Below are positions 43,577 through 56,693 of a stretch of 64,000 nt of DNA, in pieces. The translations under genes and the position numbers were made by a program. Numbering within the stretch: position 1 is the first letter of the stretch; the number at the start of each line of letters is the position of its first letter. Source of the DNA: Octopus vulgaris (lineage: Eukaryota). The stretch is from contig OX597815.1 in NCBI GenBank assembly GCA_951406725.2, positions 50,344,001-50,408,000 of the forward strand, in the 5' to 3' direction. The notes below the pieces were generated by a model, which was not told the origin of the DNA, ran no database searches, and was given only the letters and a program-made list of their open reading frames with translations.

Positions 43577-45821
43577 AGGTAAGTTATCTTGGGTCGACCA
43601 AAGCCTTGTGAGTGGATTTAGTAGGCAGAAACTGAAAGAAGCCCATCGTGTGTGTGTCTGAGGATGAATATGGATCTAGCAGACAGAAACTGAAAGAAGC
43701 TTGTTATATATACATACATGCATACATACATACATACATACCCTGTTGTTGGTGTTGAAGTTCCAATGAAAGAGCCTTGGCTCTACGTTAGAATCTGGCT
43801 CTTTCTATATTAGCAAGAAATCCTGAAATAAAACTAAATAATGACATACATACATGCATAAATGCATACATACATACATACATACATACATACATACATA
43901 CATACATACATACATACATACATACATACATACATACATACATACATACATACATGCATGCATGCATGCATACAAATATACATACAAACATACATACAGA
44001 CACATATACATATGTATGTATGTGTGTACATGTGTGTATGTATGTATGTGTTTTAGGGGCATGTGTGTACCCTTGTCTAGATATTCCAGTATGGTTGTAA
44101 ATGAGTATCATTATCATGCAAGTGAGGTTGTATGAAACCAACTTTAAGCGAAAGTCATGTCTAGCTATGGGGACATATTTCCTTGCTTGGAAACAGGTTA
44201 GGGTTAGGGACAGGAAGGGTGTCTGGACATAGAAAAATGTACCTTGACAAATTCTGCCTGATCCATGCAAGCATGGGAAAAGTGGATGTTAAATGATGAT
44301 GATGATGATGAGTTTATTCTAAGTGTTTGTGTAATAGTTAGAAAGTGGTTAAATAAACAGAGTAGATCCCCAAAATATAACCAGGTTCCATGATTTTGTT
44401 TAGGAAATCAATACCAAAAGTTTTTTTTTTCATGTTTTTTTTTGTGTATTTTTTTCTTTTCAGGGTTATTCAGCCTTGTCTTGCCACTTTCTCCTTCACT
44501 GCTGCAGTAAATAGAGAATATAACCAATTCATGACTGCCTCTCAGATTTGACTTTTGTATCAAAGATCAAGATTATCTGAAACAGATTCGCTTCCTCAAC
44601 ATGTTAGTGTTTATCATTGAATTATTAAACAGCAAAGAATTTATGACAGCAATTATCCTATAACAACTGAGAAAATAAAACAATTTGAAAAGAAAAAAAT
44701 TTTCGTTTATGAATAAATAATAAAAAAAAACTACAAAACAATTATTTGTTCCTGAAGTCGGAAGTAAACAGCTGTAACTCTTGACATCATCTAAAGAATA
44801 GGAAAAGAGAAAAAAAAATCTTGAAGTGCTGTATTTTATTTTTCTTCCTTCCGTAATATTTTTCTTATTTTTTTTTAAGTCATCGGACCAATATTCATGG
44901 CATAAAAGCACTTGAGAATCTTCAGTAAAGACTAAATTTTGATTAGTTCTTCTTTAATTATTGCCCTCATCTAAATGTCACAACTGATACAAAAAGAATA
45001 TAAAAAATATCTAAATACATTGTTCAACTACTTGACCATAGTAAGGAGAAATATTCAAATAATTATTGGTGGAAATATTTTTATTTGCTGCACTGAAATG
45101 ATGGAATAAGACCATTGCTGGTTAATCTGTAGAAGAAAAAAAAGAAAGTAAAAAGAAAAATGTAAACAAATAAAAGGCAGCAAATAGCATAAATAAAGAC
45201 TTTTCAGCATGTCTTTTAGATAGGCTATTTTTGGAAGGATTCAGGATGTTAGCACTGATGTTTGCTAAATGCCCTTTGATTTTAGCTTAGTCATAAACCA
45301 ATTGTAATTTAGCTCCAAATCTTTGAGTAAATATCTAGAAAATATATTTTGATAAATCTAAACTAAAATTACGGCCTTGTAGCATTGAGCTCATCTTAAA
45401 ATTAACCATGTAATTAGTAAAACAGCATTAAAATTATATTTAGTAATATTTTATTGCTCATAATGTAAACATCTGTATTCATGACCTGTGTTCACCAAGG
45501 AAGTATTAAAGCATATATTTATATTATTCTAGAAATATGAAATTATTTGATGCTCATCCATATATGAAATTTTAAAAGGTCATCAAATATTTAATCCTTG
45601 TAGCATCTTGTATACCATTAGAAATTCATTCTTTGATTACACACACAAATACTCACATATCCAGAATTTATCTTGTAGAGTATTTTGGTTTACCTTTCCC
45701 TAATTATTAATCTAGTATATCTATCTAAGTCTTCTGTCTGACATTTTGTGAGATGTTTTCACTACCAGATCAGTTTACTTAACTGTACAGGGTTTCATTA
45801 AATAACTTATGTATAAGGTAT

Positions 45822-46232
45822 TTTGTCATTTCAGTCACTGAGCTGTGGCCATGCTGGAACACTGCCTTGGAGGGGTTTAGTTAAACAAATCAACCCCAGT
45901 CTGGTACTCATTCTATTAGTTTCTTTTGCTAAACTGCTAAGTAACAGAGATGTAAATATGCCAAAACCAGTTCGAGCAATAGTGGGCAACAAACACAGAC
46001 ACACACACATATGCATACATATATTTTTTTACAAGAGTGGTAATAGTAACTTCGAAGTTTCAGCTTGCTAACTTTCATTGGACAGGTTTCCTTACAGTTT
46101 CCATGTATCCAATTCTCTCCATTAGTTGGCTTGGAGCTATAGTAGAAGACACTTGTCCATGATGCCACACAGCAAGACTGAACCTGAAATCATGTGGTTG
46201 CAAAGAGAGCCTCTTAACCACACAACCATGTC
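45822..46232 (-). mobile_element. Diverged SINE family A containing a hammerhead-element fragment (46027-46090)
   Basis: SINE halves flank a minus-strand CCAATGA...GCT-GAAAC-TTCGAA-GTT-ACT segment that matches 48489-48550. Confidence 0.65.
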
Positions 46233-47460
46233 TATTAGATAAGACCTCAAATTAATTGAGTCTGACCAGGCACCTGCACATATATATACAAGCCTGGGTA
46301 ACATTTTTTAAGGAAGACTGGCAGATACTCATGTTTATAAGTCTTCCTGATCCATGATACTGATGTTTATCAAAGGAAAAGATTACTGACTCATACCTTT
46401 CACAGTTGGCATCAGTGTTATCAAAGGTATTGCTGTGAGAACACAAAGACTGAAAAAAAATATTGTAATGCATCTTGCCTGACCTTCTAACAGTTCTGTT
46501 AATTTACTTCCCTGTACTGGTACTTTTTTTTTTATTGATCCTTAAAGAATGACCCCACAACAAGGTCCACTTCTTGCTGCAATGCAGTAGCCTATGTGCC
46601 ACAATGTTCCTGAGAGCTATGGCAACAGAGCACAAGCTCCCATACAGGACAAATCAATGGTTAGAGACCACATCAATAAGTGGAGTTACATAGTTTAATT
46701 GTTTAGGGTGTTGGACTTGTGATCATAAGATTGTGGCTTTGATTCCTGGACCAGGCAATGTATTGTGTTCTTGAGCAAAACATTTCATTTCACATTGCTC
46801 CAGTCCTCTCAGCTGGCAAAAGTGAGTAACCCTGTGATGGACCAGCGTCCCATCCAGGGGTGGAATATAAATATGCTATGGAAACTGGAAAACCAGCCCT
46901 TATGAGTTGGTATAAATTGAGAAGGAAACTTTACCTCTATTTTTTACTTTACCACATCGATATGGACCACCCCTTTCCAGAGGTAAAACTGGGCTTGCAT
47001 AGAGCCAACACTTCTACCTAGGAAAAAGCAGAGTTACAGAAGCATTGATGACAATTCAAAAACATCTACCCACAAAGGAAGAGGAGATACCCTAAAATAC
47101 TGAAGCAGAACAGGGATCCAACTAGAGATAAGCAGAAAAGATGGCTTAAAGTGAAGAACAGTGGAGAAATGTCATCGATGGTCTATGCACCATAGGGAGA
47201 AAAAGGTTTAAGCAACTAAGGAAGAATGAAAGTAAAGCTATTCCTGGTGGGATTTGAATTCAGTGAGTCGGAAGAAATACCGTAAAGCATTCTACCCAAC
47301 TCTCTAACAACTCTGCCAATTAGTTACCTTAATTATATCAAACTATTTGACATCTTATCACTTTTCTTTTTAAAAATGATTTGTAAACATTTCATATTCA
47401 GATATAACTCTTATCATAAATACAATTGAACTTGGTAAATATAGCTCTAACACACTTTAA

Positions 47461-47679
47461 CCCTTTAATATTCAGATTTCTTTGTCAAATGTATTGCTTA
47501 TTTATTCACATTGCTTTGAATTAATCATGCATTATCTCATAGATTTGAGATTTCGATGATGTGATTGTTTACTTTAAGAATAACATTGTATGTAGTTGTG
47601 AGAAGCTGGGTCTTGCCGGTTTATATATAAAATATGCAGAATATTTGAGCCAGATACAGCAGGTTTAAATGCTAGAAGG
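47461..47679. mobile_element. piggyBac-like MITE
   Basis: TTAA on both sides; imperfect TIRs CCCTTTAATATT / AATGCTAGAAGG; other copies in the window. Confidence 0.7.
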
Positions 47680-48488
47680 TTAAAGAAAACATATCTAATA
47701 CCTGGTTTTCTAGACAATATTCACGACTGATTTGAACTAATGTAAGAGATAATAGAGTTTTTTAATAGTTTGCTTATTTAGTTGAAATGTATTCATAGTG
47801 AAATATAAACTTCATTGATTTACATAAGACCATCAGATGATAAAAGAAATCCATATATTAATCAGAAATAATATCTCAAAAAAGAATTGGAATAAAGTAG
47901 TTATCATTATATCAAATTTTTGGCAAAGAAAAAGGTTTAATTAATATCAAAATAAATTTAATATCTAGAATTGATATAAATGTATTTATATCAATATTTC
48001 AATACCTTTGTATATATGTAAAGAATATATGTATACAGTTATATATTAAGATACCTATTCACAAGACATGATATGTTTACATATGTAGTTTTGGTTTTAC
48101 TAAAATTACCTAGTGTATATATGCAGGCCTGCTTCAAAATACATTAAACGTACATACATATATACACAGGTAGTTATTTAGATGCAGAGCAGATACATAT
48201 ATGTAAATGTATATGTGTGTGTATGTGTGTATATATGTGTATGTGTGTATATGTATATATATCTTGCATTACAACTCATCGTGGGGGTGGGATAGATAAT
48301 CAAAATTCCCTTCCTCAATTTTCTTATTATATATATATATACACACACACATATATGTATGTATATATGTATGTATGTATGTATGCATGTGTGTGCATGT
48401 GCGTGTGTGAGTGTATGTACATATGTATATAGTGTGGCTTTCACAAGGATAATGTTGACAGTGACTTTGGCTTACTTGCTTACATCGT

Positions 48489-48532
48489 ACAGCCTGATGA
48501 AGGTGAGTTAGCTGAAACTTTGAAGTTACTGT
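48489..48532 (+). ncRNA. Compact type I hammerhead motif, slightly degenerate
   Basis: ACAGC-CTGATGA-AGGTGAGTTAGCT-GAAAC-TTTGAA-GTT-ACTGT; a short inverted copy of the 3' part lies at 48454-48468. Confidence 0.65.
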
Positions 48533-48625
48533 CAACCTTTTACTTGTAAAACTAAAATGTATTGAGTGGTAGTTTTGGTTTAATGTTAATCTGTTCTTCT
48601 ATAAAACTTCACATAGAAACGAACA

Positions 48626-48662
<37 letters not shown>

Positions 48663-49028
48663 GGTAGGAAGGAAAGAACACAACAAGCGGAAATCAACAA
48701 AACACAACAGGTGGAAAAATAGGCGATAACATAACAAATGGCAAACAGGACAATAACAAGATACAAGGATCATGCGCAGTCAATTTTCTCTTCAGTCAGT
48801 GTCCGGAAAGTCATTGCAGTTTCACACTCCTTTATCCCCATGACTGCTCAAATCCAGCAAGTGTCAGGGACTTAAGCAAAAATCATTAGGCCTCAGGGAA
48901 AGGCAAATGAATGTATACAAGAATGCAAACAAGAATGGAAACAGAAACAAGAAAGCTAGAATTATAGACGTAGAACAGAACGCCTTTTGGCTACACAACA
49001 GAAGGAAAATAATTGTACATTTGCAAAT

Positions 49029-49075
<47 letters not shown>

Positions 49076-49076
<1 letters not shown>

Positions 49077-49323
49077 TGGCATCCTTGCTAGCACCATCCG
49101 AGCGTGATTGTTGCCAGAGTAGCAAGCTGGCTTCCATGCCAGTGGCACGTAAAAGCACCCACTACACTCTCGGAGTGGTTGGCATTAGGAAGGGCATCCA
49201 GCTGTAGAAACTCTGCCAGATCAGATTGGAGCCTGGTGCAGCCATCTGGTTTGCCAGTCCTCAGTCAAATCGTCCAACCCATGCTAGCATGGAAAGTGGA
49301 TGCTAAACAATGATGATGATGAT
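49076..49323 (+). mobile_element. RTE 3' UTR fragment with (GAT)n tail
   Basis: High similarity to 58160-58345. Confidence 0.8.
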
Positions 49324-50229
49324 ATATATATATACACACACACACATACATGCTTATGCCTTAGCATGCAAATGGATGGATATTCCTCAAATATGTGTAG
49401 GGTTAATGTATTCCTTATGCAAAATCAGTTTGATACAGTGTGATACAAGGGTGGATTTCTAAATCCCAGGTGCAGTCTCTCTGACAAGCTTCCATACAAT
49501 TACTTTCAATCCTGTTTCTCTTGCAAGACATGAATTGATTTGAGGCTACAGTAAATGATAATTGCTCCAAATGCAACATAGTGGAATCAAGTCGAAACTC
49601 TTGTAATTGTGAAGCAAACTTCTTAACTATTTAGCATCATTATTCCCAGGAATACATAAATAGATATGCATGTATATTTGTAGCCTGATGAGTTGGGAGT
49701 TACATAACATATTACACAATCTAACTAATTGTACTATTACTAATGTCACAATAAAAACTCTTAATGAAGCAATTGTAGCAATATCAGATAACCCATTTGT
49801 CCATTTTTATCATACATGTGGACACATGCACACACACGCATATGTACAACACATGTATCAGATCTCTCTTGAGTGTTACTGGTAATATGTCATCTAACCA
49901 AGAGCAATCTGTTGCATGTTGGGGCTGTTGGTAACTAAACCAATGGTACCACCAAGCCTGCTTAATGAGGAAAGTGGACTTTGGACATCATACAACAATA
50001 AAAACAACATGCATTAAGGGGCCAATGAACTCAGGAGAATCAATGGTCATACAGTTATGTGATATATAAGTATGTAAAATGTAAAGAAAATAAAATCTCT
50101 AGCTGGTGACCAGAGGGAGAGGCTGTCCTTTCAACTAAAATGCTGCTGTGGTGCAGTTGGACGACAGGCATTGATGATGTTATTCCATGCTTTCTAATCC
50201 ATGGTGCTGGCTTTAGCATGCTTAAGAAT

Positions 50230-50780
50230 GAGGCTCTGCAGCTTCAAGTCTTCCTCAATCTGTTTTGCCTATGTTCTCTTTAGTTCTCTGTGCTGGATTT
50301 TCCAGTCACTGCTGCCACAAATGTTGGTGTTGTAGTCTTCCAGTGCTCATCCTGCAGATGTAGCCAAACCACTGTAGCCTGCACTGCCGAACTTGGCCTT
50401 CAATGGTCAGCTACTACTGGCACTGTTCTCAGATATTGTTGTTTGAGATTCGGTTGCATAGAGAGACACCAAGGACCTGGTGATAGCACCTCATTTAGAA
50501 CACCCCAAGCTTGTTTAGGTCCCACTCGAGGATGGTTCAGGTTTCAGCACCATAGAGGAGGACAAACAGGACCAGTGTGTGAAAAAGATGGATCTTGGTC
50601 CTGAGGGAGATGTTGTGCTTCTTTCAGACACACTCTCAAAGGGATGTGAACATAAAAGCTGCAGATCTGATATGTGTTGTATATGCATGAGGACTTAGAC
50701 ATTTCTGGTTTGGTACCCAGGTATACATTTAGCTTAGCGAGATAACTTGGTCTCTAAGGCAACTAACTGAGGAGACAGAG
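50230..50780 (-). pseudogene. Old RTE-group LINE fragment
   Basis: Minus strand reads AET*TILEWDLNKLGVF*MRCYHQVLGVSLCNRISN...RQCRLQWFGYICRM. Confidence 0.75.
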
Positions 50781-51769
50781 AACTCAATGATTCTATGGCA
50801 AACATTTGCATCAACTTTCTGTTATCAGAAGTGTGGTTAGTCATACACAAGCCTTTACCACAGAAAATAAATCCTCTGTGTGAGTAGCTTAATGGTCCTA
50901 ATATTGGCTGTTAAACCCTCATTTTAACAGGATAATCCACTATATACACACATATCAGGCACGTGCCATCAATAATTACTCAGGATAAGCAGTTGGTGAA
51001 CTTTATGCAGTAAAACACACAAAAAAATAAGTGAAATACAGATGCATGACTGAGTTGAAGGCAAATTTATTTCTGCTTTAACACATAAAGAACACATTGT
51101 TGTAGGAATGTACACAGCACGTGTACTACAGTAGTACTATGCATAGTTTTAATACTGAGATTGAAAGACAGGGGCAAATTATGCATACCTAATCTACAAA
51201 AGAATTTATTTTGCATTTTATGCATAGTAATCAGAGTAACCTTTTATTGAATTAGGTGCATATTTTGCCATATAAGGAAAATGTTGCCACTGATCTATTT
51301 TATTCAAGGTAGGCCTACTTTGCCTGCCTAAGTGGCATGTCCCTGATGCATATACACTCACTCATTTAGAAAAGGCCTCTGCACAGTTTTCATCTATAAT
51401 GTTTCACCTCCATGCTATTGGTCAGCATGAAAGCACATGGCTTAGTGGTTAGGGCATTGGACTCTTGATCGTAAGGTTGTGGTTTCAGTTTCTGGACTGG
51501 GTAAAGTACTGTGTTCTTGAGTAAAACCTTTCATTTTGGCATGCTAAATGCCGAAATATCATTCAACTAATTTCGCATGACAACCATAACACTCTTCTGT
51601 TTATTTCTCTATAACTTCTGGAGGAGTTACCTCAGTCCTATGTAAACTTAACAAAAAAAAAAAAGACTGAAATGACTTGGAAAGAGGCTTTATTTTCTTG
51701 TCCATTCAGCTGACAAAAATAAGTATTTTTGTGGTGCACCAGTGTCCCATCAATGTGGGGAATATATCG

Positions 51770-52130
51770 CCATCATCTTTTAACATCCGTTCTCCATGCT
51801 GGATTAGGTTGGATGGTTTGACAGGAGTTGGTCAGGTGGAGTGCTGCCTGGGCTCCAGTTGTCTGTTGTAGCATGATTTCTATGGCTGGATGCCCTTCCT
51901 AATGCCAACCACTTCACAGATTGTACTGGGTGCTTTTATGTGACACAGGTGTTTTTCCATGGCACCAGCATGGGCACTTTTTCTTGGCACTAGCACAGAT
52001 GCTTTTACATGGCACTGGTACCAGCATGAATGCTTTTACAATGCACTGTCACAGATGCTTTTACATAGCACGAGCACATATACTTTTACAAGGCACCAGC
52101 ACCCATGAGCTTGCAAGACTAGGATTTCTT
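51770..52130 (-). mobile_element. RTE 3' UTR fragment with ~25-bp tandem units, nested in a tRNA-SINE
   Basis: CATCATCTTTAACATCCG...GGCTGGATGCCCTTCCTAATGCCAACC, then repeated GCTTTTACATGGCAC units. Confidence 0.65.
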
Positions 52131-54571
52131 GGCTGATGTCACAGAAACCAGGAACTGGCTCTATGAGTCAATATGACTTGGAAAGAGGCTTTATTTTCTT
52201 GGTCAGCTTATGAAAAACATTTATTCAAACACCACACCATAGGATTAAACTTAGAACCTCAAAGCTACAATATGAACTTCTTCACTACACGGGCAGGCCT
52301 TATTTCCTTTAAAGGAATAGTTAAATTTATTGTTTTTCCTACTGTGATTTCTGTAACTTGTTAAGAATCCTCATCATATGGAACAAATTAGAAAGAATCT
52401 AAGCTGTCAATGTCTATGGAAACCAATAAAAATAGGAAAACTTTTTCTACATTTAGTTACTTATTTATATATTTTATTGTACTTTATTTACATATATTAT
52501 ATTTATATTTATTTTTTCTTTATTATTGTTGCTTTATTTATTTATTTATATACTTTTTCATCATATCTCAACAGTCAATGAATCTGAAGAATCTTGAAAC
52601 TGAAACAATACAGAGTCTTTGAAACAACAAAATATCGCTAATTATGCAAGAATAAAAAACAAAAATAATAGATTCTGAAAAAGATTACATCAAAACAGAT
52701 ATAACCAGCTACTGTAATAAAAAAAAGATATACAAATAAAATATTAAAAATAAAAAAAATGCCGGAGTGTTTTTAAAGCGAGACAGCTTTAGTGAAAAAA
52801 CATGTCTAGAATACCAAGATGTGAGCAGTTCATGTTTATAGTTTAACATAACAATGACAGAAAGAAATGGATACTTTATACAGAAATATCATGGGAAATT
52901 TAGAATATAAATATGTGGACATGTATCTTTATATGATTACCTAAAGGTAGATTTCTTTACTAAACACATGGACACTCATACACATACACAAACAATCGTG
53001 CGTACGCACACATATACACCCACATGTATATGTATGTGCATGTATACATATATACATACACACACACACACATATATATATATGTATATATATACATGTA
53101 CGCACACACACATCAACATGTTTTGTTTAAAATTCAGTAGAACGTCCATACAAGAGACAAATAATATTACATATTCTCTAAGTACATATATACATACATA
53201 TATATATCATCACCAGCAGCAGCAACAGCAGCATTATCATTAATATCATTATCATCATTGTTTAATGGTTATTTGATGTTGGACTGTCTAGCTGGACCTG
53301 ACCAGCCCAAAGACGGTGCCAAGCTACAGTGTCTGCTTGGCATGGTTTCTACAGCTGGTTGTACTTTCTAATCCCAACTAATCTACCGAGTGTACTGGAT
53401 ACTTTTTCAGAATACTGGCACTATCAAGATGACCAATTACTTATTATACAAAAGCTCTCACCTGAGAGCTTTTGAAGGAGATAAAAGTATGATAGAGGGA
53501 CAAGAAAAGGTGTCTTGCTAAAGAGGAGATATATTTCAATGTTCCTAGAATCTCCAGATGTAGCAGGACAGGTAGATGAAATTTTCTCTATTCCTACACG
53601 TAAAAGAGTGCATGTGTTGTGTATATCTTTTCTTAAAATGATGCAAGGGTATCTCTTTAGATTATACAGCCTTTCACAGGCAGAAGCTTCCTAGTAAACA
53701 GTTAATAGAATTTCAAAAGATACAGGTTGAGTGGGGTGAGTGGGTGGGCTAATGATGTAAATTAAAAGTGTGGTAGTACATTGGTTTAACTCTGTGTGCA
53801 TGTGAATGTGTACTGCTGCTTGTCTACACGTGTTACAGTATACTAATGCATCTATATGTGTGTGTGTGTTTGCATGTGTTTATTCGTTCAAGCAGATATC
53901 AATGCATTTATGTCTGTTACAACTTCAACATACACAGGAAGGTAATTCTTTGAAGTAGTAACAAGTTTCAATTCCAATATGATTCAAAAGCCCAGTATTC
54001 ATTAAATTGCAGTAATATTTTGAGATAGCTGATAAAAAAAAAAATTATCCACATTCCTTTTCCTTAATATTTAGTACCAAAGTTTATTTTGCAATTAATT
54101 AAGTGATTTATTTATTTATTTTACCATTAAATTCCTCAGACTTAAAGTGGAGCATCTTTATAGGAATATTAGTAAAAAAATATATATATAACAATCATGA
54201 TAAGAGAAGTAACAGACTTCACATATTTGCATACTAAAATAACATTCAGGCACTTATAATAGTTTCCAGTTGTGATGAAACTTGTAAGGATTCAGTCAGA
54301 CATTCTATGTCCCGATGCACACTCCATGTTATTAAACATGTTGGAATTTATATACATGGATTATTATTATTATTTTTGTTTTTAATAAATGCACAACATT
54401 GGCATTTCATGGTTTAAGATGAATGTAACTTACATATGATACATGTTCACAACCATAAATCGGTGATGCAAGTCAATTTATTGAGTGCCGTGTGCTTCAT
54501 TGGCAAAAGCAATACTTTCTTAGAAGCTGCAAGATCCAGTTTTCTGCTTTTTGCTTCATGTATTAACCATT

Positions 54572-55014
54572 TCAAATTTTGGCACAAGGCCAGTAATTTC
54601 AAGGAAGAGGGGAAGTCCATTACATTGAACCTAATGCTCAACTGGTATTTATTTTATCAACTCTGAAAGGATGAAAGACAAAGTCAGCCTTGATGGCAGA
54701 AAGTAAAGATGAACAAGCATGGAATAACAATTCTGCCAGCTCATATCATATAAATATGCGATGACAGATTTGTGAGTTAAGGAGTCACCCTCAGGAATAA
54801 TGGCTTCAAATTTTAGCATAAGACCAACGATTTTAGAGGAGAGTTAAGTAGATTACATTGACCCCAATCCTCAACTGATAGTTATTTCATGAAACCACAA
54901 AGGATGAAAGGCAAAGACAGCTCTGGCAGAATTTGAACTCAGAACACAGAGGTGAAAGAAATGTTGTTAAGTGTTTTGTTGAATGCATTGATGATTCTGC
55001 TCGCATGCTGCCTT
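54572..55014 (-). mobile_element. Two diverged SINE family B copies
   Basis: Family similarity at 54572-54743 and 54805-55014. Confidence 0.65.
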
Positions 55015-55157
55015 ACCAACTTTAAGAATAATAAGAGAAAATGTTTGATGGGTTTGATCCCACAGCATAGATGTGGTTTATTGTCCCTTGCTATAATTTG
55101 GGTTAACCAGTACCTTGTGAGTAAAACTGGTAGATGGACACTGAAGAAGTTTGTTGT

Positions 55158-55191
<34 letters not shown>

Positions 55192-55609
55192 ATGTGTGTG
55201 TACATGTGTGTTTGAGTATGCAAGTGTTTGTTAGTTCATTTGTGTGTGTATGCATGTGTGTGTGAGTGTGTGTATGTGTGCGTGTGTGTGTGTGTGCATG
55301 TGAATTTGAGTGTGCAAGTATTTGTTAGTGTTAGCTCATTCATCCCCTCATCTTCCCAAGTGTTTGCTGACTGATTGTAAAAGAAATGCATTCTAGTCAT
55401 CCACTCCAACATCTGAAGTTCTTTGTGGTGGGTTCACCATCAGTGATACTTTGAACTAGTTGGATGAATTACAATGTCATTATAGTGTCCAAACGTTTAA
55501 AATGTGGTTTTCAGTTTGATGTACTTGAAGCAGTCCTGTCCGTTCCTTCCAATTCTATCTGAAAATTGTCTACAAAAGACCTTGTAAAATTTAGAAAGTA
55601 GGCTATTTA

Positions 55610-55843
55610 CTTTTTCTCTTTTGCCCACAAGGGGCTAACCATATAGGGAACAAACAAGAACAGACAAAGGAATTGAGTCAATTACATCGACCCCAGTGCA
55701 TAACTGGTACATAATTTATCGACCTCAAAAGGATTAAAGGCAAAGTTGACCTTGGCGGAATTTGAACTCAGAATGTAACGGCAGACAAAGTACCGCTAAG
55801 CATTTCACCCAGCATGCTAACATTTCTGCCAGCTTGCTGCCTT
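55610..55843 (-). mobile_element. SINE family B
   Basis: Family similarity. Confidence 0.8.
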
Positions 55844-56122
55844 CAGTAGGCTATTTCTAAATCTCTGTGTTCCACACATATGGCAACAATGATTGCATGC
55901 TTGTATAGAATTTTATAGAATTTTATATGGCATAGAAAATCTAAAGGATATGAAAACTTTTTAATCAATTTCAAGAAAGTAATATACTGATAATTAAGTG
56001 TCCTCAACTACCCATCACATCCTCTGTGTGTATTCATTTATGTGTGTGTGTTTATGTGTGTGCGTATGCAAGTGTGTGTGTTTATGTATTTTTATGTATG
56101 CACATATACATATATATACATA

Positions 56123-56359
56123 CAGTAATCCCCTGCCATATCGCGGTTCACTTATCACGGTTCACCTATCGCGGTTTATTATTTAAGCTTACGTCATTTC
56201 CTCCGTGGTGTTGTTTTACATTTATAATAAAATAAGTATACACAAATTATAAAAATATTTTTTTTAAATATACTGTATGATACTGTTTCTGCTTTGCAGA
56301 TTTTCACCAGCCGCAGTGGGTTTTGGAACATAACACCCATGATTGTCAAGGGATTACTG
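56123..56359. mobile_element. Tigger/pogo-like MITE
   Basis: TIRs CAGTAATCCC / GGGATTACTG with TA on both sides; subterminal ATCGCGGTT repeats. Confidence 0.8.
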
Positions 56360-56464
56360 TATATAAGTAAATAACTAAATACACATATACATACATGTAC
56401 ACACACACACACTCACACCCATGCCCACATGCACACACACACATACATACATGCACAGATTGGT

Positions 56465-56693
56465 TTCAAATTTTGGCACAAGGCCAGCAAGTTCGGGTGT
56501 GGAGGAGTCTGGTCATTTACATTGATCCCAGTGGTCAACTGGTACTTATTTTACAGATCCCGAACGGCAAAGTCAACCCCAGCAGCATTTGAACCCAGAA
56601 TGTAAAGATGAACAAAATGCTATTAAGCTTTTTTGCCTAGCATAGTAATGATTGTTGTGCCAGATTGCTGTCTTTCTGCCAGCTTGCTGCCTT
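56465..56693 (-). mobile_element. SINE family B
   Basis: Family similarity; abuts the RTE 5' truncation point. Confidence 0.7.
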
